Shown piece after piece: positions 1 to 14,908 of a stretch of 64,000 bases of DNA. The translations under genes were made by a program, and so were the position numbers. Source of the stretch: Octopus vulgaris (lineage: Eukaryota). The DNA is taken from NCBI GenBank assembly GCA_951406725.2, contig OX597836.1, positions 36,890,001-36,954,000 of the forward strand. Reading direction: 5' to 3'. The number at the start of each line of letters is the position of its first letter. Positions within the stretch are counted from its first letter, which is position 1. The notes below the pieces were generated by a model, which had not been told where the DNA came from, did not search any database, and worked only from the letters and a program-made list of their open reading frames with translations.

Positions 1-706
1 AAATTGACTGGTGAGATAAGAGAAGCGGAATTCATAACAGGAACGCGGATATATTTCTAATTTCCTTTGTTTACACAAACACACACACACCTACTCTCTC
101 TCTCACACACACACACGCATGTATGCATATACATATATTTACACGCGAACGATGCATTATAGCTGTGCAGTAAGACGTTTGCTACCTACGCCTATGGCTA
201 TGGGTTCAGTCCACTGCGTGGCGTCTTGGTGAAGAGAGATTAGGCAGACAAAAATCTAAAAGAATACATACATATAGATAAACATGGTTTTGTTTTGTTC
301 ACGTTGCAGTAAACTAGCGCTTCAGTAAAGGAGGCTGATTGAAAATCTCTAAAGATAACCTCGGTAATGACTGAAACAAGTATAAGATTATATATATTAT
401 TAATATAGAATGAATTTTGTTTTTCAGAAAAAAAAGTTCATCAAAACGTGGCAGCATATCAAAATAACTTTAAAGGTTAAAATTATAAACAACTTATAAA
501 CAAGGGCAAAAGAAAAATTATTTCCATGCCACAATGAAAAAAAAAAGTCTGTTGACTAGCTTCTCCGATTTCAGCACCACGTATATTTATAGTCAGTGTA
601 TAATTATATGTAGAAATTGACGACTTAAAGTCTGTTATCAGCATATTGGCATGGAAATAATTTTTCTTTTGCACTTGTTTATAAGTTGGTTATATATATG
701 TATATA

Positions 707-747
<41 letters not shown>

Positions 748-1139
748 AATCAAAATATCCTTTGAGAATAAAGTGTACTGGATTTCACATAAGTGCTCTT
801 GATATAAAAAAATATCTAAAAGCCTAAGGTATTTAGAGATTCAATTTGAACGATTATATATTAAAGAGTAAAAGTAGGAAAAATAATATCATAAAAATCA
901 CTGTATAGATACGTCCATAATATAAACAATATTGTATTAATAAATAAATATATAAGGTATAACTGTGATATTTTTTTTATATTTGAGAGATCTTACTATT
1001 ATTCCATGATTATACTACTTTTCGAAATGGATTCAAAGTTCTGAAAACTTATTGATTACATACCTAAAAGAAAAGGAATTATGGGTCTTCTACTTACACA
1101 CAGCCATTACGGATTCTTACAAAGCATTTTACCATGGAG

Positions 1140-1532
1140 TTACTCTTTACTCCTTACTCTTTTACTCTTTTACTAGTTTCAGTCATTTGACTGCGGCCAT
1201 GCTGGAGCACCGCCTTTAATCGAGCAACTCGACCCCGGGACTTATTCTTTTGTAAGCCCAGTACTTATTCTAACGGGGATATAAGCACACCAGCATCGGT
1301 TGTCAAGCAATGCTAGGGGACAAACACAGACACACAAACACACACACGCATATATATATATGTATATACGACGGGCTTCTTTCAGTTTCCGTCTACCAAA
1401 TCCACCCACAAGGCATTGGTCGGCCCGGGGCTATAGCAGAAGACACTCGCCCAAGATGCCACGCAGTGGGACTGAACCTGGAACCATGTGGTTGGTTAGC
1501 AAGCTACTTACCACACAGCCACTCCTGCGCCT
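1140..1532 (-). mobile_element. SINE family A (tRNA-like head, internal TA/TG microsatellite, CR1-type 3' stem-loop, (GTAAAAGA)n-like tail)
   Basis: Near-identical to 49434-49867: head GGCGCAGGAGTGGCTGTGTGGTAAG...GGTTCAGTCCC, tail GGCGGTGCTCCAGCATGGCCGCAGTCAAATGACTGAAAC. Confidence 0.9.
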
Positions 1533-1959
1533 GTTATATTATTTTTCCAAAATGTTTTGCCCAAATTTATACTAGTACATTTTTATACCAATAACGTTTT
1601 AAATACATACTATATGATTTTAAATAGCATCTATATCATTTGATTTACTACACTGAAATTAAACATTTTCTCTGACGAGTGGATATACTTCCTAATTATG
1701 CTTATCAACTTTGGATCTCATTTCAAGTTATAGTTTAATCATGAAATGATCGTAAGATCTCTGAAATATTTTGTAAAAGTCATAGTTATATTTTATGTTT
1801 ATTTATTTATAACATATTGTTTATATTATAGACGTATCTCTACTGAGACTTTTGCGATACATTTTTTCCTAATTTTACTCTCTAATATATCTGTGTTTTT
1901 ATGTACATAACTTTGCATACATTTTGTACGTGTGTCTTATGTGTAAGTGTATGCGTGTT

Positions 1960-2440
1960 TGTGTGGGTTTTTGTGCGTGTGTGTATTTGTGTCTGTATGT
2001 GTTTTTGCGTGTGTTTGTGTGTATATGTGTGTTTGTGTGTATGTGTGTGTTTGTGTGTATTTGTGTGTTTGTGTGTATGTGTGTGTTTGTGTGTATGCGT
2101 GTGTTTGTGTGTATGTGTGTGTTTGTGTGTATGCGTGTGTTTGTGTGTATGTGTGTGTTTGTGTGTATGTGTGTGTTTGTGTGTATGCGTGTGTTTGTGT
2201 GTATTTGTGTGTTTGTGTGTATGTGTGTGTTTGTGTGTATGCGTGTGTTTGTGTGTATGTGTGTGTTTGTGTGTATGTGTGTGTTTGTGTGTATGTGTGT
2301 GTTTGTGTGTATGTGTGTATTTGTGTGTATGTGTGTGCTTGTGTGTATGTGTGTGTTTGTGTGTATGTGCCTGTATGTGTTTTTGTGTGTGTTTGTATGT
2401 ATGTGTGTGTTTGTCTGTATGTGTGTGTTTGTGTGTGTGG
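1960..2440. repeat. 18-bp minisatellite (ATGTGTGTGTTTGTGTGT)n
   Basis: Direct tandem periodicity; source of the spurious HTHTHK/CVCVCL ORFs. Confidence 0.95.
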
Positions 2441-3420
2441 TTATGTTTGAATATGTATGTTTGCGCGTGCGCTAAATTAAAAAAAAGCGAATGTAAATAT
2501 CCTTCGGATAACAGTACGATGCAAAATTTAATTTGCACAAGTAAAGACAAAAGTGAGATAAAATAAAATTCACATGTAAGTCCATCACTTATTCACAACA
2601 TAAATGATTCATTTTTAATGCCAGAAGTAACAAAAGCTGTAATTTTCAACGTCAACTTTACAAAAACTAGTGATAGATAACGTAGGCAACGTAATTGTAA
2701 ATTCTCGTTTGGAAACAATGTATGGTGTGGGATTTATATTTATGCTTTAAATTTTATCGTTTTGCTGGGATCTCTAGTGACAATATCAATATCGTTTATT
2801 ATTGTGCGTTATATCTTATACACGGTGAAATATTATCCAAGTGCAATCCATTAAACATTATCTTTACACCCCATCACTTTTTCGAGCACAAATCTAATCT
2901 CACACTTTTAATTATATATTATCTCTAATTATATGTTAACATAACCGCGAAGTTCCCAGGGAAACTTTCTTTAACCGTGATTCGCATGAAAATCAAGTCC
3001 TATTTCTGGGCGCCACATATATAGTGTGCGTACGAATTGAAGCGGTAGTTATTCAAAATGTTAGCTATTTCTAAGTTAGGTTGATTACTACGCGTTTTCA
3101 GCGATCGCTTTCAGTATTTGACTGTTAATAATTTTTTGGATCCCACCCGAGATGGAAGCTGAAATTTAAATAATGGTATATGTTGTTGTGTTTCCCGAAG
3201 GAGGAAAATCTCATTCGATAGTTTTTCAAATCGTTTAACACTGATGAAATTCAATTTAATTTAATGATTGATCGAATACTGAAGCAACCATGATCCATAA
3301 GGCATCTGCGCACAATATCGTTGCCAATGAGTACATTTGTGTTAGGTCTGTAGACCTGCCATATATATAGCAGCCTAGCTTATAAAAGTGACATTTTCTC
3401 ATCTTATTTGAAAATGTTTA

Positions 3421-3814
3421 GTGTGGTGAGTAGCTTGCTTACGAACCACATGGTTCCGGGTTCAGTCCCATTGCGTGGTAACTTGGGCAAGTGACTTCTA
3501 CTATAGCCTCGGGCCGACCAAAGCCTTGTGAGTGGATTTGGCAGACGGAAACTGAAAGAAGCTCGTCGTATATATGTATATATATATGTGTGTATATATG
3601 CTTGTGTGCTTGTGTTTGTCCCCCACAACATCGCTTGACAACCGATGGTGGTGTGTTTACATCCCGGTAACTTAGTGGTTCGGCAAAAGGGACCGATAGA
3701 ATAAGTACTAGGCTTACAAAGAATAAGTCCTGGGGGTCGATTTGCTCGACTAAAGGCCTTGCTCCAGCATGTCCACAGTCACATGACTGAAACAAGTAAA
3801 AAAGTAAAAGAGTA
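3421..3814 (+). mobile_element. SINE family A
   Basis: Same head, body and tail as other A copies. Confidence 0.9.
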
Positions 3815-5689
3815 ATAATGTAACTAGAATGGTGGTGATGAGGATGACTTCAAATAGATGTCTGATTAAGTCAAATCAAGTCTAATTAAGGCTAAACAAC
3901 GAAAGATAACTTCGTAGCCAATTATAATGCAAATTTCCTTTGAGAACTTAATTCTTAAATTCTAAAAATTACTTCCCCCTTTTCTTTGAGAAACTTCAAG
4001 AATTCTTGCCAGATTTAGTATTCTTTCACCTACCAAGAACGAAAATTCAATTAAGACTTGAAATTTCTTTTACTCGGTACTCAGTACGTTACATTTTATT
4101 ACCACGAATTTTCGGAGCTAACACAACTAATCTCTTTGTTCCTTTAAAATTCATCCCTTCAATATATCTACATAAGCCAGCCAAAATTGATATTGATTTA
4201 AGATTTCAGAAATCACAAACTTCCATTCCTTTTAATTTTGCACTTTGAAAGTTATTTACAAGAAAATTACATTTACAAGTGAATGAAGAATAATTTCAAA
4301 TATGTTAGATACATTAACTGAATTCCTAAATAAATAGAATTGGTTGTAACTTGAAGGCACCTGATCACAGGTCTGTTCAAACAGGTCTCATCTGGGATGT
4401 GAAAAAGCAACACTTCTTTTTGTAAATAATTCCGCAAGGCTTACATCGTTATATCAAAAGAAGATATGAACACTATGGTGGGATATTAGCCAACAATTTA
4501 ATTCGGAATCGAAACGAACCACATGAATGTGATTCCAAAATAATACGACAGATGCCGTAAATGATAAGCACAGCTAGTTCAATCTTCAAAGCAATTAAAT
4601 ATGTCCCTCTATTCTGAATTGGTGAGAACCATGTGTATCTAATCAGAACAAATACCATCATATGATGGCATGGTATCTTGGTTCTAATAAGTAGGAAATC
4701 CATAAGGCCGAGTGGTCAGTAACTAAACCTGTCCATAGTGGTATTTATCAGTGATGTGAGGTACCTTCTGAATAAACCGTACCCATACAGCGATGACACG
4801 ATGGGGGTCAACAAGATTACTAATAATATAGCAATTATGAAAACCGTTCGAAGTTCATGAAGATTGATGGAAAACATTGGTGCTCATAACACATGTGGTT
4901 ATAACACAGAAGATGAATCTGGGAAACTTGATTTCACTTGAGAAAAATACTTTATTGTACAGAGGAAGTCCTTAAAGAATTAATCTCTGAGATCGGCCTA
5001 TATGTGACATAGAAAACAACATTTTCAAATTATTCGATTAAAGTAGTTTTGAATAGTCATACAAGCACATAATGGAAACAACTAGGGCGCTGCTATTATC
5101 AAGTGTGCTTTATCAGTTATCAACTGAAGTGAAACCTGAACAGCAATAACTGAAACAGGTGTAATTCATTCATATTTAATTAATTTAGTGTTAACTAAAG
5201 AAGGAGATAATTAAGAAAGTATAGTATATACCCTGCTGTTATAATGGTTAGATCCTTTAAGTATTATTTCGTGATGTGCAAATGGATATCATGAGTTTAC
5301 TTTCAGATATACTCATTAGGTTCTTTTTGTGTATTATCTGAAATAGAATACCCGCATATGAATCCCCCAAACTGAATCATTATTGACTTTTATTAGATAC
5401 TTTGTATGTTTCTAGATAATTATATAAATACATGATAAATAAGACCCCAAGGTACGATATACAAATGCATGTAATACTGAAGGGTTGTACCTGAAAATTT
5501 GGAAATTCGTTTTCCCAAATTATTTAAATATATATATATAAGGTCAATCTGTGCCAAGCGGTGTTACTCTGCTTGCTTTAGCGTGGTTACTATGGCAACA
5601 GCGTATTGATCAGTGCTCGCATGAGGGGGACGGAAAATGGATTTCGCAGGAATCTTTATTCAGCACAACGATTGTTTTGACCCATCCTG

Positions 5690-5870
5690 AATTCTGTCCC
5701 TTACTTCTGCTGACACTTTCGCCCCAACTTTCTCTCTCTTTCCTCCTGCATCTTTGCAGCTCACCTGCGACGGACCGGCGTTCCGTCTAGGTGGGAATCC
5801 TATACGCCAAGGAAACCGGGAAACCGGCCCTTATGAGCCAGACATGGCTCGAGAAGGAACAAACATCAAT
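5690..5870 (+). mobile_element. Degenerate SINE, family-B body with V/Meta-like tail
   Basis: CCTGCGACGGACCGGCGTTCCGTCTAGG...GAAACCGGGAAACCGGCCC.TATGAGCC matches the tail of 28634-28940. Confidence 0.65.
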
Positions 5871-6219
5871 TCAAAAGAACAGCAATAACGACTAGAACAA
5901 TTCAAGAGGTAACTAAAATATATTCTAAGACAAATAAGGAATATTCTACCTCAGCTCCCTATGTTATATCAACGCAATTTCTCCACCTAATCACATAATT
6001 CCTAGAAAATCTAGTTTAACGTCTCCTGGGTATATACAAATAAAAATGCTTGTACTAGGGCTACAAATCAAAAATTTTATATTTTGAAACCAACAAATGA
6101 TGGAAAGTTAAAGCATAAAAATACTTATGGCAGTGCTCCAGCATGACCCCAGCTACTTGACTGAAAAACATAAAAGAATAAAAGAATACTTAATAATTAC
6201 TCATAAACGTACTCATATA

Positions 6220-6566
6220 GATTAAATGCTGAGATCCCCTTCGGTCATGACTGATCATGGGATTGCACCTACAAACTTCCCCTCCGAGGCACAAGACCGG
6301 ACAAGGTTGTTTACCGAAGACCAGCAGTCGCCCATGCATACCAGCCTCCTCTCTCCACACCACTGATGTTATCCAAGGGAAAGGCAAAGGGGCCGATACA
6401 GCTTGGCACCAGTGACGTCGCAACTCATTTCTACAGCTGAGTAAACTGGAACAACGTGAAATAAAGTGTCTTGCTCAAGAACACAACACGCACCCCGGTC
6501 CGGGATTAGAATTCACAACCTCACGATCGTAGGCTCGACGCTCTAACCACTGAGCCATGCGCCTTC
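6220..6566 (-). mobile_element. SINE family C, CORE-type
   Basis: Minus strand: A-box TGGCTCAGTGG, B-box-like GAATTCTAATCC, then TGTGTTCTTGAGCAAGACACTTTATTTCACGTTG...CTCAGCTGTAGAAATG resembling the CORE domain. Confidence 0.8.
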
Positions 6567-7470
6567 TCATAGATTAGATACCAATACAGAAAACATAAGT
6601 AATCTATATATGACCAATGATCCTCTGCCTGGGCCTTTCGCGCTATGAAGCGTAAATAAATATTCTTCGAAACGAAAGACTCGGAGGAAAATACGGCGTG
6701 AAATAGGAAATGAGTATCACTGAACAATTAGCGGCAGAGAGAGAAGGAACCATGTGGAAAACATTTTATGCAACATAGCATACATCAACTAGCTCATTAA
6801 ACCCTTTTGCTCGAAATATTGGACATAGTTCATAATTAATTTTGATCTCATCTGCAACTTAATAGTAGTCGTGTAATTATTCTAAATTGAATACATTATT
6901 GCGTAAATCACAGTTATAATTGAATTGCTAAATTAATATTCATGCATTATAATCTTGCCTAATCTGGTGCCTTATACGATTAACATCTCCTAATAAATTA
7001 TATCTAATATCTTTCTATTAACATCTTAACTCTTGTAAGCCAGGTACGTTTCATCTTAATCTGATAGGCGTGCAGCTATCGCAGACCGCACATGGGTTGC
7101 ATTAAATTTAAACACAGGAATCTTATTGTTCTTAATCATAGCTACTACACAAACCACAAATACAACATGCAGATAATTAATCTTATTTACACATACCGTT
7201 TCACAAATCTTTCCAATCCCAACAATACATCTTATATAAGAAATTCTAATACAAAACGACTATTTGGAGCGAAAATATATGCTCTAAAAACCCAAAAATG
7301 AGTTACCTAACCAATAGTAACACAGTCCTTTTTTCCATAAAGCACAAAGAAAGCTCAAAATAGTATAAGTCAGTTAAAAGAGGACTAGATTTAACATATG
7401 GAGATGATTAACTTGTCTTATAAACCTTGTCTGCAAGCGAAACTTATGAATTGTCTATAACAAAAATAAT

Positions 7471-7887
7471 ACCTATTTCTTTGCTACTCACCAGGAGCTA
7501 AACATAGAGAAGACAAACAAGGACAGACAAATGGATTAAGTCGATTATATCGACGCCAGTGCTTAACTGGTACTTATTTAATCGACCCCGAAAGGATGAA
7601 AGGCAAAGTCGACCTCGGCGGAATTTGAACTCAGAACGTAGCGGCAGACGAAATACCTATTTCTTTATTACCCACAAGGGGCTAAACATAGAGTGGACAA
7701 ACAGGGAGAGACATAGGTATTAAGTCGATTACATCGACCACAGTGTGAAACTGGTACTTAATTTATCGACCCCGAAAGGATGAAAGGCAAAGTCGACCTC
7801 GGCGGAATTTGAACTCACAACGTAGCGGCAGACGAAATACCGCTAAGCATTTCGCCCGGCGCGCTGAAGTTTCTGCCAGTTCGCCGC
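7471..7887 (-). mobile_element. SINE family D, internally duplicated (about 180-bp unit x2)
   Basis: GTTCAAATTCCGCCGAGGTCGACTTTGCCTTTCATCCTTTCGGGGTCG occurs twice; flanking duplication ACAAAAATAATACCT at 7460-7474 and 7897-7911. Confidence 0.88.
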
Positions 7888-8238
7888 TATTCTACTACAA
7901 AAATAATACCTTTAATTCAAAGTAATGTTCTCTCAAATTGTAATTAATATGTACTTAAATATATTTCCATACTACTGATCCAATATTCTAAATAATAATA
8001 CCTTCATTAGCTGTTTTAATCTTAATCTTTATACGACGTAGAAATATCATACGCATGCATCGTCCTCAGTATCTTCCAAATATTCTTCTGTAGACTGACA
8101 ATAAACTAACACTTGATTAATGTCTTTGAAATGACAAAATTAAATATTATAATCAAAACTAATGCTAACTTAACTAAACTTACTATGTGCATATTCATAC
8201 TAATTTTTTATAATTTTTTTTTTTTTTGCTTCAGCAGT

Positions 8239-8625
8239 GTGGAAGCACTCCGTCGGTTACGACGACGAGGGTTCCGGTTGATCCGAATCAATGGAACAGC
8301 CTGCTCGTGAAATTAACGTGTAAGTGGCTGAGCACTCCACAGACACGTGTACCCTTAACGTAGTTCTCGGGGATATTAATCGTGACACAGAGAGTGACAA
8401 GGCCGGCCCTTTGAAATAAAGGTACAACAGAAACAGGAAGTAAGAGTGAGAGAAAATTGTGGTGAAAGAGTACAGCAGGGATCACCACCATCCCCTGCCG
8501 GAGCCTCGTGGAGCTTTAGGTGTTTTCGCTCAATAAACACTCACAACGCCCGGTCTGGGAATCGAAACCGTGATCCCATGACCGTGAGTCCGCTGCCTTA
8601 ACCACTGGGCCATTGCGCCTCCACG
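8239..8625 (-). mobile_element. SINE family B, full length, 12-bp TSD
   Basis: Head GGAGGCGCAATGGCCCAGTGGTTA...GGTTTCGATTCC; TSD TGCTTCAGCAGT at 8227-8238 and 8626-8637. Confidence 0.92.
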
Positions 8626-9087
8626 TGCTTCAGCAGTAAACCTCATTCTATGAATTATTTCATATAACTTATATATCAAAAATAGTTGCCGAATGCAACT
8701 GTTCTTTTCCTCTATATATCCGTCATATCCCTACTTTAAGCCTTAATCTCTGTAAGTTTTTTAATGCTATATTACAAAAGATATAATCCAATATTAATCT
8801 TAATTGTTTTGTTAATACTACCACATTTCTGACATAATTAACCTGTTGCTTTATTCGCCGACATTGTGGTATATTCTTCATCAATCTCACTTCGTCTCAG
8901 TATTTTAGATAAAAGAACGAGCAATCTCGGACCACATATATATATATATATATATAAACACATAAGGTATCCACTTATAGGAATTCAACAAGCTAGAAAG
9001 AACAGCTAGGTTCTATAACTACAAAATTTAGGGATAAAATTCGACAGGAACGATTTGAAAAAAAAAAAAACATTTTACCATCTAGTT

Positions 9088-9161
9088 TCCTGGACCAATT
9101 GGTTTCTGATTTTAGTTTAGCGAGTCAAGGAACTTGATAGGTGTAATCTTCTTCAGCAGGA
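9088..9161 (-). ncRNA. Type I hammerhead ribozyme motif
   Basis: TCCTG-CTGAAGA-aGATT..AATCa-GAAA-CCAATTG-GTC^CAGGA: 5-bp stem I, palindromic stem III ACCAATTGGT, GUC triplet. Confidence 0.7.
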
Positions 9162-9186
9162 CCACCTAGGGTTAAACGTATATATA

Positions 9187-9395
9187 CAGGGGACGATCAA
9201 AACTACTTTTGTTTATACGTCCTAACTTTTTCAAAATCTTCTGCGCAGCTGCAGTCCTTCGCCGGCAATAAAAAAAACCGCCAACTTTTAAAACCGAATT
9301 TTTTTTAATTGCCGGCGTAGGACTGCGGCTGCGCAGTAGATTTTGAAAATGTTAGGACGTATAAACACAGGGCAAGAAGTTTTGATCGTCCCGTG
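9187..9395. mobile_element. Foldback MITE, Tc1/mariner-like ends
   Basis: About 90-bp inverted arms (GGGACGATCAAAAC...GCCGGCAAT / ATTGCCGGC...GTTTTGATCGTCCC) in TA-rich context. Confidence 0.8.
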
Positions 9396-11312
9396 TGTAT
9401 ACGTTTATATGTATAACATATACGTGTATATGTTATATTTGTTCTTCACTCATTTAGTATTTCTCTTATTTTTATCTTATGTCCATAATCTGCCAATCGT
9501 TCGTCACGAAACAAGATGAAACACGTAGGTTGAAGTGTTGCTGACGAAGTCACAGATGTGTGATGAAAGGTCTCCAGACAATGGACATAAAATATAGTAA
9601 GAACAATAATTAGAGAAGAACGAATAAATAGTGCGTGTGTTCAATTGGGAAGACGAAAAAGATATATATTGTTTTACCACCCTTATTCCTGGTTCCACTG
9701 CTCTATTGCACCATTTCAATCGACTTTCCTTCCAACCGCAAATGATGTCTATATTTTTCACATAGTCTCATTATTTAGGTCCAGATGGTACAAATATTCT
9801 CTTATCTAATATTTTCTCAGTGTTTGCCCATTTCATTTAATCTCGCCTATCATTTAGTCAATAATGTGTATCCCCCACACTTTAAGCTTTTATGTTTCTC
9901 GAAATGTTAGTTGATATGCGACACGTGCTCAGGATATCACTTTTTCAATACCTATTGTTTGTTGACTTTATATCAGAGTCGTTCGAGTAAGCACTACACC
10001 TGACATTATCTACAATATATTACATATAAAACTGAGTTATAATTCTTCATCTATAATGTACTTCTTTCTAGTAAGATTATGTGTAAGGGCTTTATTGTAT
10101 ATCAATAATTTATAACACATAATCTAGTAGCATGAAATCTTCCTACCACATAACAGTATTCATTCTTATACATTTATGCATTTTCCTTTATTTTTTCAGA
10201 TTTCAGTGAGCTTTATCTTGTCAGGTGAGTAGTATATATTTTACGAATATTTATATTTGCATCGTAACATGTTTATCACTTTCTCCATCTGACGTTAAAT
10301 ACCTTCACAAAGTCATTGACCGTTTTCTTTCTTTTTTTTTTTTTTTTGCTTTCAGTTTTTTAAAGTGTTATTCACGTTGATCAGATCTACGAGTTACACG
10401 AATAAACTCAGTTAATGCACGTTTTGTGACTCTCTCTCTCTTACATATCAGAAACCTTACTGCATTTGCGCAGAAAAAAGTAACGCTCAACAAGAAAATA
10501 TAGTATATTCCAATTAATATTTCATGCCTTTAAATATTTTTTCCTATTATTTCTCAATTCTTCCAAATATTAAAGCCATTTGAAATCTGGGATTGTTTCT
10601 ATATTTAGACTAGAATAACATCTGATTTGAAATATTGTTAACACAATCCTCAGAAAAATTCTGGTGAAAGCTACGATGTATTTACGTCTGAGGCGATGAG
10701 CTTGTGCTTCATACTCCGGATTTATATGGCAATTTTTCAACACAGCCATGAAGATATGTAAATAAAGAATAATAAAAAAGAATCTATATATATATTTTAA
10801 CATTTATACTACTTTCTGTCACTACTGTCAATATTAGCTTTTGTTGATTCTCTTGCCATAGTGACAGCAACTACAAACATTTAATGATAATAAAAAAAAT
10901 TGAAATTGTATTACTAGGAGTGTATTATCCAATGATGTGCATCTCTCTTGAATCCAATGACAGAATTTAAGTGAGTTTTAACCATCACTTTCAGTACATC
11001 GTGCGGAAACGTAATCGCTCTCTCGTTCTTTGCATATTGGTAATAAGATGTAGTAAATGGAATATTTCTTTTAGTAGTACATCCTGGTGAATATAACATA
11101 TATATATATGCAGCACGGAATTTTGTCAGTGAACAGGTCGCGGTCTCAAAGCGACGAAAATATTTTGGCAAATTAAATTTAAATGTTGAAGTGAATCTAA
11201 CAGTTTTTGTGTGTTTCTTAAATGCCTTATAAACACCTTCCACGCTGCAATTGTTTTCGTTCCAGCACACAATCTCAGATCAGGCCACTTGCTATGCAGG
11301 TACATCTCCGAA

Positions 11313-11367
<55 letters not shown>

Positions 11368-11369
11368 GT

Positions 11370-11707
11370 TTAAATATTTGTTGTGCAAGATTTTTTTATG
11401 TGAAGTCGTGTGTTGAAACAGATATTGTTATATTTCGGAATGGTCATTTTGCCAGTATAGCCAATAAAAACACACGCACTCTATATTTGGTGTTATTTTG
11501 CTTCAGTGTTATTTATTTTTTACAAATAAGAAAGAAGAAAACAATGGATTACTGATGCGGTCACTGGAGTGTGACGAAAGAAATCTGGCCGAAATAAGAT
11601 TAAGATTAATGTAAAAATAAATAACACTGAAGCAAAGTAACACCAAATATATAGTGCGTGTGTTTTTATTGGCTAAACTGGCAAAATGACCATTCCGAAA
11701 TATAACA

Positions 11708-11710
<3 letters not shown>
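11370..11710. mobile_element. Small foldback element with HHR-like motif (Penelope pLTR-like derivative)
   Basis: Inverted arms 11423-11523 / 11610-11710 plus one-sided tail; between (TA)n tracts; homologous to 36423-36990. Confidence 0.75.
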
Positions 11711-12869
<1,159 letters not shown>

Positions 12870-13340
12870 TTCTTTCCTTCATCGCGAATATATGTGCCCA
12901 GGTCTCTGACAATTATTAGCACTACTACCACATTTTCCAGCGATCACAGCTGCTTAAGCCCCAAAGCTAACCTCTCATGTCTATCGACATTTCTTCCTTC
13001 CTTATCGCATAACTTATTAGCTGGGCGTGCTATTTCTATGATACAGCACCGTTTGCTTTCTTCTCAATTAACACAATATCAGGCTTCCCATTCTGTATCT
13101 CATAGTCGCACTGAATCATAAGATCCCAAAAGATATTTGCATTAGCATTTTCGATTATGTCTTCGGGTTTATGTAACAATAATAATATAACAAACAGTTA
13201 ATGATGTGAATTAACAAATATCTTTAAGTTCTGAATATAAATAATTACAGAAGATTCCTAACAATTGAAATAAAAGCGACGAAACCATGTAAACCGCAAG
13301 CAAATTGGTTAAAATATTTGCGGGATCTATGCCAGTAATA

Positions 13341-13542
13341 TTACTCTTTTACTCTTTTACTTGTTTCAGTCATTTGACTGCGGCCATGCTGGAGCACCGC
13401 CTTTAGCCGAGCAAATCGACCCCGGGACTTATTCTTTGTAAGCCCAGTACTTATTCTATCGGTCTCTTTTGCCGAACCGCTAAGTGACGGGGACGTAAAC
13501 ACACCAGCATCGATTGTCAAGCAATGCTAGGGGGACACACAA

Positions 13543-13573
<31 letters not shown>

Positions 13574-13733
13574 CATATATACGACAGGCGTCTTTCAGTT
13601 TCCGTCTACCAAATCCACTCACAAGGCATTGGTCGGCCCGGGGCTATAGCAGAAGACACTTGCCCAAGATGCCACGCAGTGGGACTGAACCCGGAACCAT
13701 GTGGTTGGTTAGCAAGCTACTTACCACACAGCC
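13341..13733 (-). mobile_element. SINE family A
   Basis: Near-identical to other A copies. Confidence 0.92.
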
Positions 13734-13870
13734 CGGTACGCCCGACGAAAAATGGGGCTTAAGCTGCATGTGGGCTGGTCAAAACTGTATTCCAAAAATT
13801 CAGCTTGTTGGAGCCTTCTAGGGAGAGCAAAAAGGAAGACAAGAAGAAGTCAGACATTTTACTACAGTTG

Positions 13871-13988
<118 letters not shown>

Positions 13989-14119
13989 CAGATAGATAAA
14001 ACTTATTTGGAAAAGGATGCATTCATATAATAATATAAATAATATATGCATATAATTATATGTATATATATATATATATACATGTGTGTGTATGTGTGTG
14101 TATACATATATATATATTT

Positions 14120-14176
<57 letters not shown>

Positions 14177-14519
14177 ACAGATAAAATGGGATTTAGAAAC
14201 CCCAACTTTATCCTCCGCTAGAACACCTCCGAATGATGACCCCTAGAGAGTATGGACGCTGGTGAGAGGGACATCGCTCACGTACAATATGGTGTGATGT
14301 GTTCGTATTCATATTTATATTTATGATGTATTTATATTTGTTGAAACAATCGTAGTAAAGAAATTAATATAATACAAACCCTCCATCCTCCCAATCATTG
14401 TCTCTCTCTCTCTCACTCAGTATATATCTGTGTGTATTTCTGTGTGCGTGTATGTAAACGCGTGAGTGTGTGAACCTGTGTGTCAGTGTAAGTGTGTAGT
14501 TTTGTTCTCTCTTTCTCTC

Positions 14520-14682
14520 TATGTGTACATATACATATATATACATATATATATATATACATATATACATATATATATATATATATGTATGTATATGTAT
14601 ATATGTATATATATATATGTATATATATGTATATATATACATATATATGTATATATATGTAAATATATATATATATACATAC

Positions 14683-14765
<83 letters not shown>

Positions 14766-14791
14766 TATATACATATATATACATATATATA

Positions 14792-14855
<64 letters not shown>

Positions 14856-14863
14856 GAGAGAGT

Positions 14864-14906
<43 letters not shown>
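14520..14906. repeat. Compound (TA)n/(TACA)n microsatellite
   Basis: Direct inspection. Confidence 0.95.

Positions 14907-14908
<2 letters not shown>

Noticed and set aside
1300-1594. Recurrent ORFs (RRASFSFRLPNP..., MFIERKHLK...)
   Set aside because: Antisense readings of SINE A and B copies.
1665-1710. CTGACGA hammerhead core (also 3241, 8063, 20191, 21631, 25084, 45231, 45413)
   Set aside because: No correctly placed GAAA or no stem I/II pairing.
1882-2566. Long HTHK/CV-repeat ORFs, and all YI/IY, LSIY, poly-S/T/Y/K/E ORFs elsewhere
   Set aside because: Translations of stop-free micro- and minisatellites.
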